From Escherichia phage PGN6866: DNA of 64,000 bases. The stretch's first letter is position 1, and each line of letters begins with the position of its first letter. The DNA lies in sequence record MT127620, one strand, 5' to 3'. The position numbers and the translations under genes are program-made. Positions 41,835 to 51,479 of this stretch are shown here, piece after piece. The notes under the pieces are model-generated. The model made no database searches. It worked only from the letters and a program-made list of their open reading frames with translations, and was not told the DNA's origin.

Positions 41835-42069
41835 AATGCATCTCTTTATAAACGGTTTCCGTGTTCTTCTTCCAGTTAGATAAACCGGTAAGAACCCTCT
41901 GAGCAACTTCATCAGCTGCTCTACTTCTTTCAATCTCTAACTCTTGCTGGTGCTTCTCTTTGTCCAGATTACTGCTGTCTGTTTGATATTCGTTAAACTT
42001 CATACCACCAAAGAATACAAGAGCTGAGAAAACGATAAACCCTAAGTTGTCACTTAATGTGTTTTGCAT
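41719..42069 (-). CDS. putative i-spanin (N-terminal TM plus coiled coil)
   Basis: ATG at 42069 after GGAGA; TM segment LGFIVFSALVFFGG then charged helical region; track start 42093 would include a terminator hairpin. Confidence 0.45.
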   Translation of the reverse strand: MQNTLSDNLGFIVFSALVFFGGMKFNEYQTDSSNLDKEKHQQELEIERSRAADEVAQRVLTGLSNWKKNTETVYKEMHYEKTKPVFYNVCASDEYVSLFNERQQQAINALTNKPKS

Positions 42070-42081
42070 GTTGTCTCCAAC

Positions 42082-42107
42082 GAAAAAAGCCACCCGGAGG
42101 TGGCTAA
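42082..42107 (-). terminator. rho-independent terminator (minus strand) after the SSB-like gene
   Basis: GCCACC-CGGA-GGTGGC hairpin with TTTTTT on minus strand. Confidence 0.5.
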
Positions 42108-42126
42108 GCTATAACAAGGAGAGTTA

Positions 42127-42873
42127 TTAGAATGGGCTATCGTTGTCGTCTTCGTAAGTAGAAGCAGGCTCTTTATCAATCGTAGGGATTGAAGGGGTAG
42201 CTTCTTTCTGCTCTGTTTCAGAAGCACGAGTAATTTCACGACCAGCCAGAGGCATGTTCTTAGCGTCATTAGCTTGAGTAAGCAGGTTGCGCTGGAACGG
42301 GAACATCAGTTGATAGGATGCTACGTTCTCATCGGTTTCAGCATACGGTTCGAAGAATACCAGAGGACTACGAGCTTCACCAACTGCTGCACGATATTTG
42401 GTTGGGATTGGAGAAATAGTCTTGATGGAGTTTTTAACTTCACCAGCTTTGTTAGTGTAAGAGTTAACCAGAATGTTAACAGGCTGACCTAACAGAACAT
42501 CCTTGAACCAAGACAGATCACCTTTCAGTGCTTGAATACTTGGGTCAATCATCTTGCAAAGATCAAGAATACCAGAGTTCTTAGCTCGTGGGTTTACATC
42601 ATAGCTCTTGAACTGGCAAGCCGGACGTGGTTCTAATGCCTTACCATCGGAATCTTTACCAGTAGCATCAACACCAATCAGCTCGAAAGCTAAATCCATA
42701 CGGAAAGCCGGATTCTTAGGAGTCACTGCTTTGGTCTTCGGGTCAACCCAAGGGTCACGATTGTGAACACCCAAACCTACTACACGAACGATACGTGCTT
42801 CGTACTCACCATCAGGGATGATGTCGTAGTTGGATTTACGAGAAGAAGTTGCGATAGTTGGAATCATAGACAT
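42127..42873 (-). CDS. single-stranded DNA-binding protein candidate (T7 gp2.5-like architecture)
   Basis: 248 aa ending in acidic tail YEDDNDSPF with terminal Phe; lies in the replication module. Confidence 0.5.
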   Translation of the reverse strand: MSMIPTIATSSRKSNYDIIPDGEYEARIVRVVGLGVHNRDPWVDPKTKAVTPKNPAFRMDLAFELIGVDATGKDSDGKALEPRPACQFKSYDVNPRAKNSGILDLCKMIDPSIQALKGDLSWFKDVLLGQPVNILVNSYTNKAGEVKNSIKTISPIPTKYRAAVGEARSPLVFFEPYAETDENVASYQLMFPFQRNLLTQANDAKNMPLAGREITRASETEQKEATPSIPTIDKEPASTYEDDNDSPF

Positions 42874-43289
42874 ATTTTAATTTCCTTATTTAATTTGAAA
42901 GATTGTTGCTCTCTTTGAGCGGTTATGTATAGTATACATTACGCTTATACCGATAAGAGTACTATATAATATAAGTATCTTTGGTAGTAGATATAACACA
43001 CTAGTAATGTATATATTGTATAGCTGATAAAGTTATTGCAGGCTTGTATATTGGGCAATTCACAGAATCCCTTGCAAGTACCGAAGGGCAGGAGCCACCT
43101 GCGAGATAAAAATAGAGAATTAAGGAATCCTTGATTTAGGTTGTAGGGACTCCTAGGGACTTTGATTCTCTATTTAAAAGAATATTAATTACTTATTACC
43201 TAAATAATTAACTAACTTACTTAAACCAAATTCAATAAGAATAGATAAAAAGATTATTCCTAAGAAAGCTAAAAAGTAAAGGATATAAG

Positions 43290-43466
43290 TTACCATTCAA
43301 GTAAACCTTTAAAGTTAGACTGTTCTACTATCCTCTGATAACGAAGATTAGAATCAGCTTGTTTCTTTAACATCTCATTATATTTATCTCTGATAGAGTC
43401 TTTATAAACTACAGGTTCTTTAAATAATGAGATCTTCTTTTTCTCAGAGTTAGATAGTACATCCAT
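43290..43466 (-). CDS. hypothetical protein
   Basis: Trimmed to internal Met (MDVLSNSEKKK); overlaps 43450..43677. Confidence 0.3.
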   Translation of the reverse strand: MDVLSNSEKKKISLFKEPVVYKDSIRDKYNEMLKKQADSNLRYQRIVEQSNFKGLLEW

Positions 43467-43677
43467 CACAAGTAAGATCTCCGAGAAGGGACAGCGATAA
43501 CAAACGAGACTGCTCATCGCTATACAGTTGATCAATCTCTTCTTTAAGTTTTGCCAACTCGATGAAATTTATAAGTTGACCATGTTCAAGACAGTCTGTT
43601 TTTAGTATAAATAAAACTTCAGCGTCTGTTGAATCTTCAGTTGAATATTTATCAATGTATTCCATTTTCACTCCCAT
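43450..43677 (-). CDS. hypothetical acidic protein
   Basis: 75-aa ORF. Confidence 0.35.
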   Translation of the reverse strand: MGVKMEYIDKYSTEDSTDAEVLFILKTDCLEHGQLINFIELAKLKEEIDQLYSDEQSRLLSLSLLGDLTCDGCTI

Positions 43678-43820
43678 AAATTATGACCAAGACTTAGCTT
43701 TTACTTCAACATATGTTTTAACTTCACCTTTCAAGACTTCCTGAGAAGCATTTGCACTTTCCTCAGAGTGATGTACAACGGTGATCTCTTTCTTTCCAAT
43801 CTTATAAGTGTGAATCCAAA

Positions 43821-43988
43821 TCATACTTCTTCCTTGTATTCCCAATTTCTTTCATAATACCCAGAGTTATAGTTTAGGGCGCACTTCTCGGCCTCTTCTA
43901 TGTCGTCAGTGTTTAGGATATTTACCCATCCTCCAACTTCATCAAAACCTTCTTCTACTTCGTTAAACCATACACTATACTTTTTCAT
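43821..43988 (-). CDS. hypothetical protein
   Basis: Start MKKYSVWF in ATGA overlap with upstream stop. Confidence 0.35.
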   Translation of the reverse strand: MKKYSVWFNEVEEGFDEVGGWVNILNTDDIEEAEKCALNYNSGYYERNWEYKEEV

Positions 43989-44161
43989 CGAGAAGTTCTT
44001 CCCCAATCTTTTACATAGCATCGACCGTTAACCCACTTTGTCTCTGACTTAAATTCCTGAGACAATCTCACTTCACAGTCTTCTCTACTGGCATCTCCTC
44101 CGATATCAATCAGATACAGGAAAAGAGCTATACCTAAAGCCCAAAGAATTATCTTTTTCAT
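43985..44161 (-). CDS. small secreted/membrane protein (58 aa)
   Basis: Hand-translated MKKIILWALGIALFLYLIDIGGDASREDCEV...; ATGA overlap with upstream stop; below track cut-off. Confidence 0.35.
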   Translation of the reverse strand: MKKIILWALGIALFLYLIDIGGDASREDCEVRLSQEFKSETKWVNGRCYVKDWGRTSR

Positions 44162-44568
44162 CGAATCACCAAAGGCTCTTCAGAGTACACAGGAGCGGCT
44201 ATTTCTACAGGAGGTGCTGCCCTAAGGTCATTAAGTCTTACGCCCTTCAGCATACCATCTAGGTGGTCCTTTTTGGGGATTCCAACAGGGAAGTCATCAA
44301 TCCAGATATCGACGAAGAAACCTAACTGTCGACACACCTCATCCTTCTGCACACCATTACAAAAGATGACAGGGATTTGCAGGGTCTCTGCATCATAGAG
44401 GATATCCACGTTATCATAACCATTAGGCTCTGAGAAACGGAAAGTAACGAATCTTACATCATGTCCATACCCTTTCATCAATCCTATCACATCTCTCCAC
44501 AGTCGTCTGTCTGCTGTGTAAGTGTCATCATAATCTAAACCAATATTCATGTCAAACCCTTTAGACAA
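44158..44568 (-). CDS. HAD-like phosphatase/nucleotidase candidate
   Basis: 136 aa; N-terminal GLDYDDT fits HAD motif I DxDxT. Confidence 0.4.
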   Translation of the reverse strand: MSKGFDMNIGLDYDDTYTADRRLWRDVIGLMKGYGHDVRFVTFRFSEPNGYDNVDILYDAETLQIPVIFCNGVQKDEVCRQLGFFVDIWIDDFPVGIPKKDHLDGMLKGVRLNDLRAAPPVEIAAPVYSEEPLVIR

Positions 44569-44782
44569 GAAAAGCCGCCCGAAGGCAGCTTCTTATTTAA
44601 CTGTTCACTTTAGCTTCAAGTGTTTCGTTTTCAATACTCAAGTCAATCACTACACCAGTAAGCTCAACGACTGCTTGGCGAAGGGCATCTTTACCCATAG
44701 AGTGTACTTGAGATAAGAAGAAAGCTTTACCTTCTTCAGTGGATAGGGTTTCTTTTAATTCAGAAGCAGTCATTGATATTCC

Positions 44783-44977
44783 TTATGTTATGTTATAAAT
44801 TCGCATGATTGTACCACCATTGGCTTCAATAGCAGCAACCATTTGGTTTCGTTCTTCATCCGTGTAAACTAACACACTTCTAAACTCGCCTGTTGCATCA
44901 GTATAAAGGATGTTATATTTTGGAGGCGGTTTACGGTAAATACCTTCCATCACTCTTTCTCCTCTCGTTCTTTCCAC
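44783..44977 (-). CDS. hypothetical protein
   Basis: 64-aa ORF. Confidence 0.3.
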   Translation of the reverse strand: MERTRGERVMEGIYRKPPPKYNILYTDATGEFRSVLVYTDEERNQMVAAIEANGGTIMRIYNIT

Positions 44978-45133
44978 AGTTCGGCTAGCTCTAGATAGAA
45001 CTCAGCCTCATCAGGACGACCTTGTTCATTACAGATGGCGCTCTGACGATAACACCAATCCGATGGCATCTCTTCCACTTCAATCTCCTTGTTACGAACC
45101 AATCAATAAGAATAGTTCATTCGTCTTATTTAT

Positions 45134-45328
45134 TCACTCTACCAATGCAGGTACTTCTATCCTTTTAACTGTGAATGTCTTGTTTGGAAACTTTCGAACT
45201 AGCTCTGCTGCTTTGGTTATTGCTAAGTTCTCTGTCTCAAAGATACACAGTTGACCATTTAATGCTACGAGAGTGGAGCCACCGCTGAAGACGGCCCAAG
45301 ATTCATAATAACCACGAACACTCATCAC
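45134..45328 (-). CDS. hypothetical protein
   Basis: 64-aa ORF coupled to upstream gene. Confidence 0.35.
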   Translation of the reverse strand: MMSVRGYYESWAVFSGGSTLVALNGQLCIFETENLAITKAAELVRKFPNKTFTVKRIEVPALVE

Positions 45329-45693
45329 TCAACCTCAATATTATATAGAGTTTTCAGTGTATCTTTAATCCAAGTAATTCTTTTTTGGTTCTTGTGGTGT
45401 GATCTGTTATCCCTATCTCTGAAATATTGGTCACAGCCAAAAGGGTATGTATGGTCCGAGAATTTATCTTGGTTAAACATATTCTTCATGTCATCCACGT
45501 CTAGATGTTTTGTGAAATAATAATACTTCTTATAACAGCGGAAGTTGAAGCATAGTCCGTGATCTTCGTTAAACCAAGGAGGACACTCTTCTGTTTGAGT
45601 TATATGATAATACTGGAGGAGGAAATCTTCCATCCCTCTCTCCTTGAATAAACACCTAAGTGTTCTATAGATTATATTAGTTTCTTTCATCAC
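45325..45693 (-). CDS. hypothetical Cys-containing protein
   Basis: 122 aa directly downstream of the polymerase gene. Confidence 0.4.
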   Translation of the reverse strand: MMKETNIIYRTLRCLFKERGMEDFLLQYYHITQTEECPPWFNEDHGLCFNFRCYKKYYYFTKHLDVDDMKNMFNQDKFSDHTYPFGCDQYFRDRDNRSHHKNQKRITWIKDTLKTLYNIEVE

Positions 45694-45698
45694 TCACC

Positions 45699-47543
45699 TT
45701 AGTGTGTGTGCATCCAGTTAAGTCCAATCTGACAATCAGATGCCAGAGGACATTCCATGTTCAGATACTCGCCAGCTTTCTTAACACAAAGCTCAGTGTG
45801 CTCTTTGAGTTTCTGTACATCATTACGGTTTACTGAGAATTGACCTTCATCGTGCATATCAATTACCTTAGCACAACGAACCTTATCTTTCTCAATCCAC
45901 TTGTTAAGGAACATCATAGCATATTTCATAACAACAGCACCAGCACATTGCAGGAGTGTGTTAAGGGCTTTATGAACCATAACCTTACCAGTGGCATCCC
46001 GTCTCATTGTAATCTTACGACCATCAACTCCAATCAAGTATCCTTGAGCAGCTTTCTCTGTCATACGATCAATGAGGATTGCAATACATGGGTTCTCTGC
46101 TAAGAAACGTGCTCGCATCACTGAACCTTCGTCAGCCCCACCACCTACAATTGAACCAAGCTTAGCGTCACCAGCACCATAGTTGAATGCGTAGATAAAC
46201 GTCTTAGCGTTGTCACGAGTAGGAAGACCAGCAAGTTTCTGGTTGTGGGAGTGGATATCACCTTCAAGGAGAATATCACGATACATAATAGCAGAAGCTA
46301 AACCACGTTCTGCCAGAGCTTTCTTAGCTGGGTTGTTCTCTTCGATTGCCTCAGCAAGCATATCCCTACACTCTTTAATGAGGTAGTGAGCGAGCATACG
46401 AAGTTCAAGTCCAGAACCATCATACCCTAAGAATACTTCTTTACCAGCGGGTATGTAATATTTGTAAGCACCTACAGGTTTGTCTTTCTTCCCCGGCTTA
46501 CCTTTCTCGTAAATTACGTTAGTACCTTTTCGTATATAACAACCATCAGGAACAACGTTAGTAATAACGAAAGGACGAGAGTGATCACTGTCTGAGTTAT
46601 AGTCAGACTCAAACAAACTGCGACACTCGTGACCAAACAAACCACGGGAGGGAATATTAACCACGATACGATGTTTGAATCGAAAAGTTGGCGTAGCGCA
46701 GCTGTTAGCTTCTGCCGAAAGTTTACCATCTTCGCGTTCCTTTGCTATAAGTCCACTGATAAGACCCAGCCTGTGAGCCGCTACAACGCGTCTCTTAAGC
46801 AAACTTCCGACACTCCCTAGCTCACCCCCTAACCCTTCTTCAAGAGTCTCCTCGAGGTTTGTAGGAGCTGTAGGCCACTTGTTTGATGTGGCTAGTGCTT
46901 TCTTAATCTCATCAAACGTTACAGGATTACGTCGATTAGGGTTTAATCCCAAACCAAATACGTAAGCCTTCATATAGTTCTTAGTTTTAAACCTAAAATG
47001 CTTTTCTAAGAACTTCTTAATATCAGCGTCAACCATCTCGGCTGTCTGTTTTTGCTTAGCATTACCTCGCATCCAAGCAGTATACCATGCTTGGTATGTT
47101 CCATACTTTCTCATATCTTTCTTAATTTCGAAAGTATTCCAAGGCTTCTTAGATACGTTAAACTCTGGAGGAAGAAAGCCCTCATCCATAAGAGCTTCTT
47201 TAACTCGTGCATCTTTCGATGGGTCAAAGTCTACGTATTCGACACAGGTGAAAGCTCCACCAATATCTTCTCTCTTCAGCCCAACCCTATCACAATAGGC
47301 TTGAGGCCACTTCTGTAAAGCTCCAGACTTCTTAAACGGCTTCATATAAGTAGAGCCATCTAATCTCATCTTAGGTAAGAGAGGAATCAGTTCTTTGTCA
47401 ATATTAACAATAATCTCTTTAAGGAGGTGAACATACCACCGAGCATTTCTTCGGTTGAAACTCACTCCGTGCTTTGCTTGCTTAGAGATTATATCAGCGA
47501 CAGTCATCTCTGTCAAAAATGGAAGAGCGTCCGGGTTGCTCAC
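45699..47543 (-). CDS. DNA polymerase family A, polymerase domain only
   Basis: 614 aa; motif A LGYDGSGLELRMLAHY, motif B RDNAKTFIYAFNYGAGDAKLG, motif C IDMHDEG; GTG start after AAGGAG; no exonuclease motifs. Confidence 0.85.
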   Translation of the reverse strand: MSNPDALPFLTEMTVADIISKQAKHGVSFNRRNARWYVHLLKEIIVNIDKELIPLLPKMRLDGSTYMKPFKKSGALQKWPQAYCDRVGLKREDIGGAFTCVEYVDFDPSKDARVKEALMDEGFLPPEFNVSKKPWNTFEIKKDMRKYGTYQAWYTAWMRGNAKQKQTAEMVDADIKKFLEKHFRFKTKNYMKAYVFGLGLNPNRRNPVTFDEIKKALATSNKWPTAPTNLEETLEEGLGGELGSVGSLLKRRVVAAHRLGLISGLIAKEREDGKLSAEANSCATPTFRFKHRIVVNIPSRGLFGHECRSLFESDYNSDSDHSRPFVITNVVPDGCYIRKGTNVIYEKGKPGKKDKPVGAYKYYIPAGKEVFLGYDGSGLELRMLAHYLIKECRDMLAEAIEENNPAKKALAERGLASAIMYRDILLEGDIHSHNQKLAGLPTRDNAKTFIYAFNYGAGDAKLGSIVGGGADEGSVMRARFLAENPCIAILIDRMTEKAAQGYLIGVDGRKITMRRDATGKVMVHKALNTLLQCAGAVVMKYAMMFLNKWIEKDKVRCAKVIDMHDEGQFSVNRNDVQKLKEHTELCVKKAGEYLNMECPLASDCQIGLNWMHTH

Positions 47544-47559
47544 TTTATACTCCTTTAAA

Positions 47560-47982
47560 TTATTGGTAAAGTAAATCTGTAAATGCTTGGTTATCTTCTA
47601 CTACATTCAGCATGGTTGCTTCATCACTATAAGCCCTAACTGTCCCGTTGACAACTGTCCAAGGAGGGGGCGGAGGTGGTGTATGTGTAGCTCTGGCTTC
47701 ACGAGGTTGTTCTCGTACCAGATGAGCCACAACCCTCTGATTAGCAACTTCTTCTCTTTCTCTAATAGCTCTCTGAATGTAGGCCAGCTTCATACCCCAA
47801 GCTTCTTCAAACTCTTGAGGGTGTTTATCACTGATAACCACATACTGACGTTCAGGAATACCAGAGCGAATCTCTGATAATAATTCATGGAACAAATCTA
47901 GTTCATGTTCAGTGAGATTCATTTCGATATCATCCCACTTTAGAACTAAGAAACGGTTTTGGTGTCTAGCTGGTAATGGCAT
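47560..47982 (-). CDS. hypothetical protein with poly-Pro tract
   Basis: 140-aa ORF. Confidence 0.4.
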   Translation of the reverse strand: MPLPARHQNRFLVLKWDDIEMNLTEHELDLFHELLSEIRSGIPERQYVVISDKHPQEFEEAWGMKLAYIQRAIREREEVANQRVVAHLVREQPREARATHTPPPPPPWTVVNGTVRAYSDEATMLNVVEDNQAFTDLLYQ

Positions 47983-48145
47983 CCTACTCCACCTCTACTT
48001 CAATGTAAGTTCTCTCGCCAACGTCGTCTTTTAAGACCCATGACTTGGCATCTTCTTCAGACTTAAAAGCTTTCACAACGCTGTATCCCCCTTCCCATTC
48101 ATCACCGAACCAGCGCTGTCCTACGTAAATGTATTCTTTCATTAT

Positions 48146-48430
48146 TTAACCTTTTGGGAACGGCATTAAAAATTCCATAGCAGATTTAATTTCATTATTG
48201 ATTCGTGCATCTCGATAAGAGATAAACTTACCTTTGCTATCACGTAACATTACATGAGTTCTAGCCGTTTTATGAGGAAGTAAAGTGATACTGGTTGGGA
48301 TAGTATCAATCCCCACAGAGAACGAATTAACAGTCTTACTCTTGGTTAACAGGTAAGACCAAGTACGTGGTTTCTGCTCTGGGCGGTTAGGGTATGTGTC
48401 TCGAATCTGTACCATAGCTAACTTATTCAT
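48146..48430 (-). CDS. hypothetical protein, tandem paralogue A
   Basis: 94 aa; shares DSKGKFISYRDA...FLMPFPKG with neighbour. Confidence 0.45.
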   Translation of the reverse strand: MNKLAMVQIRDTYPNRPEQKPRTWSYLLTKSKTVNSFSVGIDTIPTSITLLPHKTARTHVMLRDSKGKFISYRDARINNEIKSAMEFLMPFPKG

Positions 48431-48431
48431 A

Positions 48432-48686
48432 TTAAACTCCTTTGGGGAACGGGATGAGGTTTTCTACTGCAACACGGAAAGATTTTTCTACGTTCTTATT
48501 CTTATAAGAGATAAATTTTCCATCAGCTCCTCGAAGGAGTACGTTAGTGCGAGCTGTATTTGGGTTTTGTTGAATCATAGAACGAATGATGTTCTCTGAA
48601 CCTCTATGCTTATTGGTGAATTTCCAACTGATAGTTTTACCGGTACGAGTTACATCAATGATATTTACGATTTTTACAATAGACAT
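48432..48686 (-). CDS. hypothetical protein, tandem paralogue B
   Basis: 84 aa; GADGKFISYKNK...NLIPFPKGV. Confidence 0.45.
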   Translation of the reverse strand: MSIVKIVNIIDVTRTGKTISWKFTNKHRGSENIIRSMIQQNPNTARTNVLLRGADGKFISYKNKNVEKSFRVAVENLIPFPKGV

Positions 48687-48755
48687 ATTTATTACCTAAG
48701 AAGTTTAATTTGGTTTATATAAAAGAAAAGGCCACCTGATTAGGCAGCCTTTGTT

Positions 48756-49049
48756 CTAGAGACGAAGCCAAGTTTGATAGTCAGCTTCAGTGTAATGGTT
48801 GTTTCGAGAGTTGTTTTTCATTTCCTTGAGAGTAGCTCTCAGGTCAATGTTATGCTCTCTCCTTGTTCTATTCGGGTCTGTATCTTCTAATAGATGGGAG
48901 TGATCACTACAAGAGTAGTGCTTATAGTGGTCCCTGTATCCTCTACTTGGAGAATACTTGGTCATTAAAGTTGCAACTCTTTTTACACCCTCTGCTTTAC
49001 AGAATTTACAATAAGTGTGAATTGTACATCTTTTTGTTTCTGCTGACAC
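48756..49049 (-). CDS. hypothetical Cys/His-rich protein
   Basis: 97 aa; CKFCKAEG...HYSCSDHSH. Confidence 0.35.
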   Translation of the reverse strand: MSAETKRCTIHTYCKFCKAEGVKRVATLMTKYSPSRGYRDHYKHYSCSDHSHLLEDTDPNRTRREHNIDLRATLKEMKNNSRNNHYTEADYQTWLRL

Positions 49050-49067
49050 TATAACCTCTTTATGAGC

Positions 49068-49346
49068 TTAAAGCTCCTTTGCGTGCTCCAGCTGCTTTTC
49101 CAGCTCGATCACCACTTTTGCCGCCGTTTGAACGGTTTGAGCTGACTGATTCAACACGTAAGTTGCTTGACGCATTAGAGCCTCCAGACTTGACAGCTCG
49201 TTTGTGTCCAACGTCTTTACCTCTGACAGCAGCTTTTCCATCGCGCTTTTCAACGATGCGACGTGCACGGTGGCGCTGAGCATCTCCGCTCTTGCTCCCA
49301 ATTCCCGTTTCACCGCGCTTGATCGCAGTCCTTCTTTCTTGTGCAT
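49068..49346 (-). CDS. hypothetical helical protein
   Basis: 92 aa; host-like codon usage with frequent CTG; preferred over the overlapping 49060..49374 frame. Confidence 0.4.
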   Translation of the reverse strand: MHKKEGLRSSAVKRELGARAEMLSATVHVASLKSAMEKLLSEVKTLDTNELSSLEALMRQATYVLNQSAQTVQTAAKVVIELEKQLEHAKEL

Positions 49347-49373
49347 AGTCTCTTTTTCCTACATGATCTGCCA

Positions 49374-49703
49374 TTAGATTTCTCCTGATTCTCTTTGATT
49401 AAAGGTGTGGATGGCGTGGCAATTAGCACACAATATCCTGCACTTCCTCATCTCTTCTTTTACTTGAGATAAAGATCTGGTGTGCCCTTTGGAGAGTTCG
49501 AATGACTTAGTTAATGGATTTAAATGATCAAACTGAAGAGCAGATGCGTGGCCCTTAAAGCCACACTCAGAGCATCCATAGAATGTTTTAACTCTACGGA
49601 TAAAAGCTAGTTGCCTAACTCTTCTTTTCTCGTTATCTGCCTTTCTCTTATCTCTATTTCCTGGGTCGGCCCATCTACACGAGTCATTGCAAAACCTCTG
49701 CAT
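49374..49703 (-). CDS. HNH endonuclease
   Basis: 109 aa; CSECGF...LQFDHLNP...CRILCANCH. Confidence 0.65.
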   Translation of the reverse strand: MQRFCNDSCRWADPGNRDKRKADNEKRRVRQLAFIRRVKTFYGCSECGFKGHASALQFDHLNPLTKSFELSKGHTRSLSQVKEEMRKCRILCANCHAIHTFNQRESGEI

Positions 49704-49791
49704 TATATACTTCGTTACAAATGGTACCTTACAGGTTTCACATTCCTTGTGGTATGTTGCTATTTGGACCCCCTTGTGTGAACTATAAGAA

Positions 49792-50241
49792 TCAACTCTC
49801 TTCTAGTATAATCCTGTACATTGCTTCCTGAGCATCTTTCATATCTACATATGGACCAAGCACCTCACTATCTTTTCTGATGAACCAATCACCTTCTTTG
49901 AATATCAGAGATACGTGAACATCTTTATTATTTGCTTTGACTGCTCGCCCCCATGCTGGGTTATGTCGGGATAAATTATCAATATGACAATTATCAGTGC
50001 GCCCATCCAGATGGTGTAAATAAGATTGAGGCCACTGGCCTGTCTCTTTATACCATACGGCTTTCTTCAATTCAACAATGCCACATGGTAGTCCTATGTA
50101 TAGGATATTAGGCTGTAAGCTAAAATTATACCACTTAGATGTGAAAGGGATTAGAGGTTCCCTTTTGGTGAAAAACATCGGCCCCTCTCGAATGTATTCT
50201 AGACTATCTATACACTTCAAAATCTTTTCACTATAAAGCAT
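49792..50241 (-). CDS. HNH endonuclease (HNH_3-like)
   Basis: 149 aa; YLHHLDGRTDNCHIDNLSRHN. Confidence 0.55.
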   Translation of the reverse strand: MLYSEKILKCIDSLEYIREGPMFFTKREPLIPFTSKWYNFSLQPNILYIGLPCGIVELKKAVWYKETGQWPQSYLHHLDGRTDNCHIDNLSRHNPAWGRAVKANNKDVHVSLIFKEGDWFIRKDSEVLGPYVDMKDAQEAMYRIILEES

Positions 50242-50981
50242 TAACTGTTTACCTTTTCCATAGCTTTAACAATAGCTTTACAGAAACCAGAACGAACAAT
50301 GTCATCTGATTCGCCGTCTACAATCTCAGCAAACTCATACAGATCGTGTTCATCAATAAAGTTAGTAGCCCAAGTAAGACCGCTCTCACGACCACGCATA
50401 TCATGCTGGTTAGTATCACCCATGCAGAACAGCTGAGAGGTTTCTCCCAATCGAGTCATGATTGAGAAGGCTTCATCTTTAGTGGTGTTCTGGAACTCAT
50501 CAACAATAACAATAGCATCATTGAAAGAACGACCACGGAGATATTCCAGAGGTACGAACTCAATGTTACTGTTACCGAGCTGGCATTCATAGAACCCCTT
50601 ACCGTATCGCTGAGTAATAACATCAATGATAGGCATCAGGTACGGTTCAAACTTCTCACGCATTCCTCCCGGAAGTAACCCAAGAGAGTTGCCCATGCCG
50701 ACAGAAGGGCGACTCAGAATGATCTTCTGAATCTTACCGCTCTTCAGTGCATCAATAACTGTGGAAGTGATTACAAAGGTCTTACCACAGCCCGCAGGAG
50801 CGTCTGTGAACACAACTTGTTTAGTCTTAATAGCATTGAGTAGCTCAGACTGAAACTGGTTCTGAGGGACTACAGGCTTTGCTAAAACCACCTCTTCATA
50901 CTCTCGCTTACCTTTACGAGTAACAAGTGCTTCCCGACGAAGGTCTTTCCGTGATTCTTTCCGTGATTGACGACGACTCAT
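50241..50981 (-). CDS. phoH: PhoH-like ATPase
   Basis: 246 aa; Walker A FTDAPAGCGKTF and Walker B IVIVDEFQN. Confidence 0.8.
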   Translation of the reverse strand: MSRRQSRKESRKDLRREALVTRKGKREYEEVVLAKPVVPQNQFQSELLNAIKTKQVVFTDAPAGCGKTFVITSTVIDALKSGKIQKIILSRPSVGMGNSLGLLPGGMREKFEPYLMPIIDVITQRYGKGFYECQLGNSNIEFVPLEYLRGRSFNDAIVIVDEFQNTTKDEAFSIMTRLGETSQLFCMGDTNQHDMRGRESGLTWATNFIDEHDLYEFAEIVDGESDDIVRSGFCKAIVKAMEKVNS

Positions 50982-51163
50982 TTACGCTCTCCAATTTCTT
51001 CGTAATGACACTCAGTAGTTAAGCAGTCTTTACAGATTGCTGTATAAACCCTGACGTTAGTAAATCGTTTGTTCTTCCCTTTGGTTGGAGAGCCTTTGGC
51101 AAGCTCTCTGATAACCTTGTTACTTAAGTGAAGGTTTGTTCCTTCACATTTAGAGCACTTCAT
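50978..51163 (-). CDS. small zinc-ribbon protein
   Basis: 61 aa; CSKCEG...CKDCLTTEC. Confidence 0.35.
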   Translation of the reverse strand: MKCSKCEGTNLHLSNKVIRELAKGSPTKGKNKRFTNVRVYTAICKDCLTTECHYEEIGERK

Positions 51164-51479
51164 GGTTCATATCTTTATGAATCCTGTAAACAGCTGTCGC
51201 CATACAAGCAACAGCCTCGTTGTGTGGGAGGTGCATCCCTGTAGAACCATCCCAATCTTTGAACTCATTGTCAAAGACTCCGGTAGGCTCTGGATATAGA
51301 GCTTGCAGCTCCACTAGATCATTAGCAACTTGTTGCCATTTATCATCAGACCAGATAGGGTCATCCAACCAGTAATACAAATAGGAATGGATGATCAATT
51401 GCCTTCTATGCCGATTTATTACTTCAGCGGGACTTATCTCACTTCCATTTGAAGTCCTAAATGTATTACTGTCAATCAT
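51150..51479 (-). CDS. hypothetical protein
   Basis: 109-aa ORF. Confidence 0.4.
   Translation of the reverse strand: MIDSNTFRTSNGSEISPAEVINRHRRQLIIHSYLYYWLDDPIWSDDKWQQVANDLVELQALYPEPTGVFDNEFKDWDGSTGMHLPHNEAVACMATAVYRIHKDMNHEVL

Noticed and set aside
42127-42873. Alternative reading of the SSB-like protein as a recombinase or annealing protein
   Set aside because: No RecA/RecT-type motifs recognised; the acidic tail ending in Phe favours an SSB, but without a profile search this remains a moderate-confidence call.
49060-49374. 104-aa basic low-complexity ORF with strong Shine-Dalgarno
   Set aside because: Heavy use of rare Arg and Gly codons and low complexity; the overlapping 49068..49346 frame looks more protein-like. 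Not excluded, see finding.
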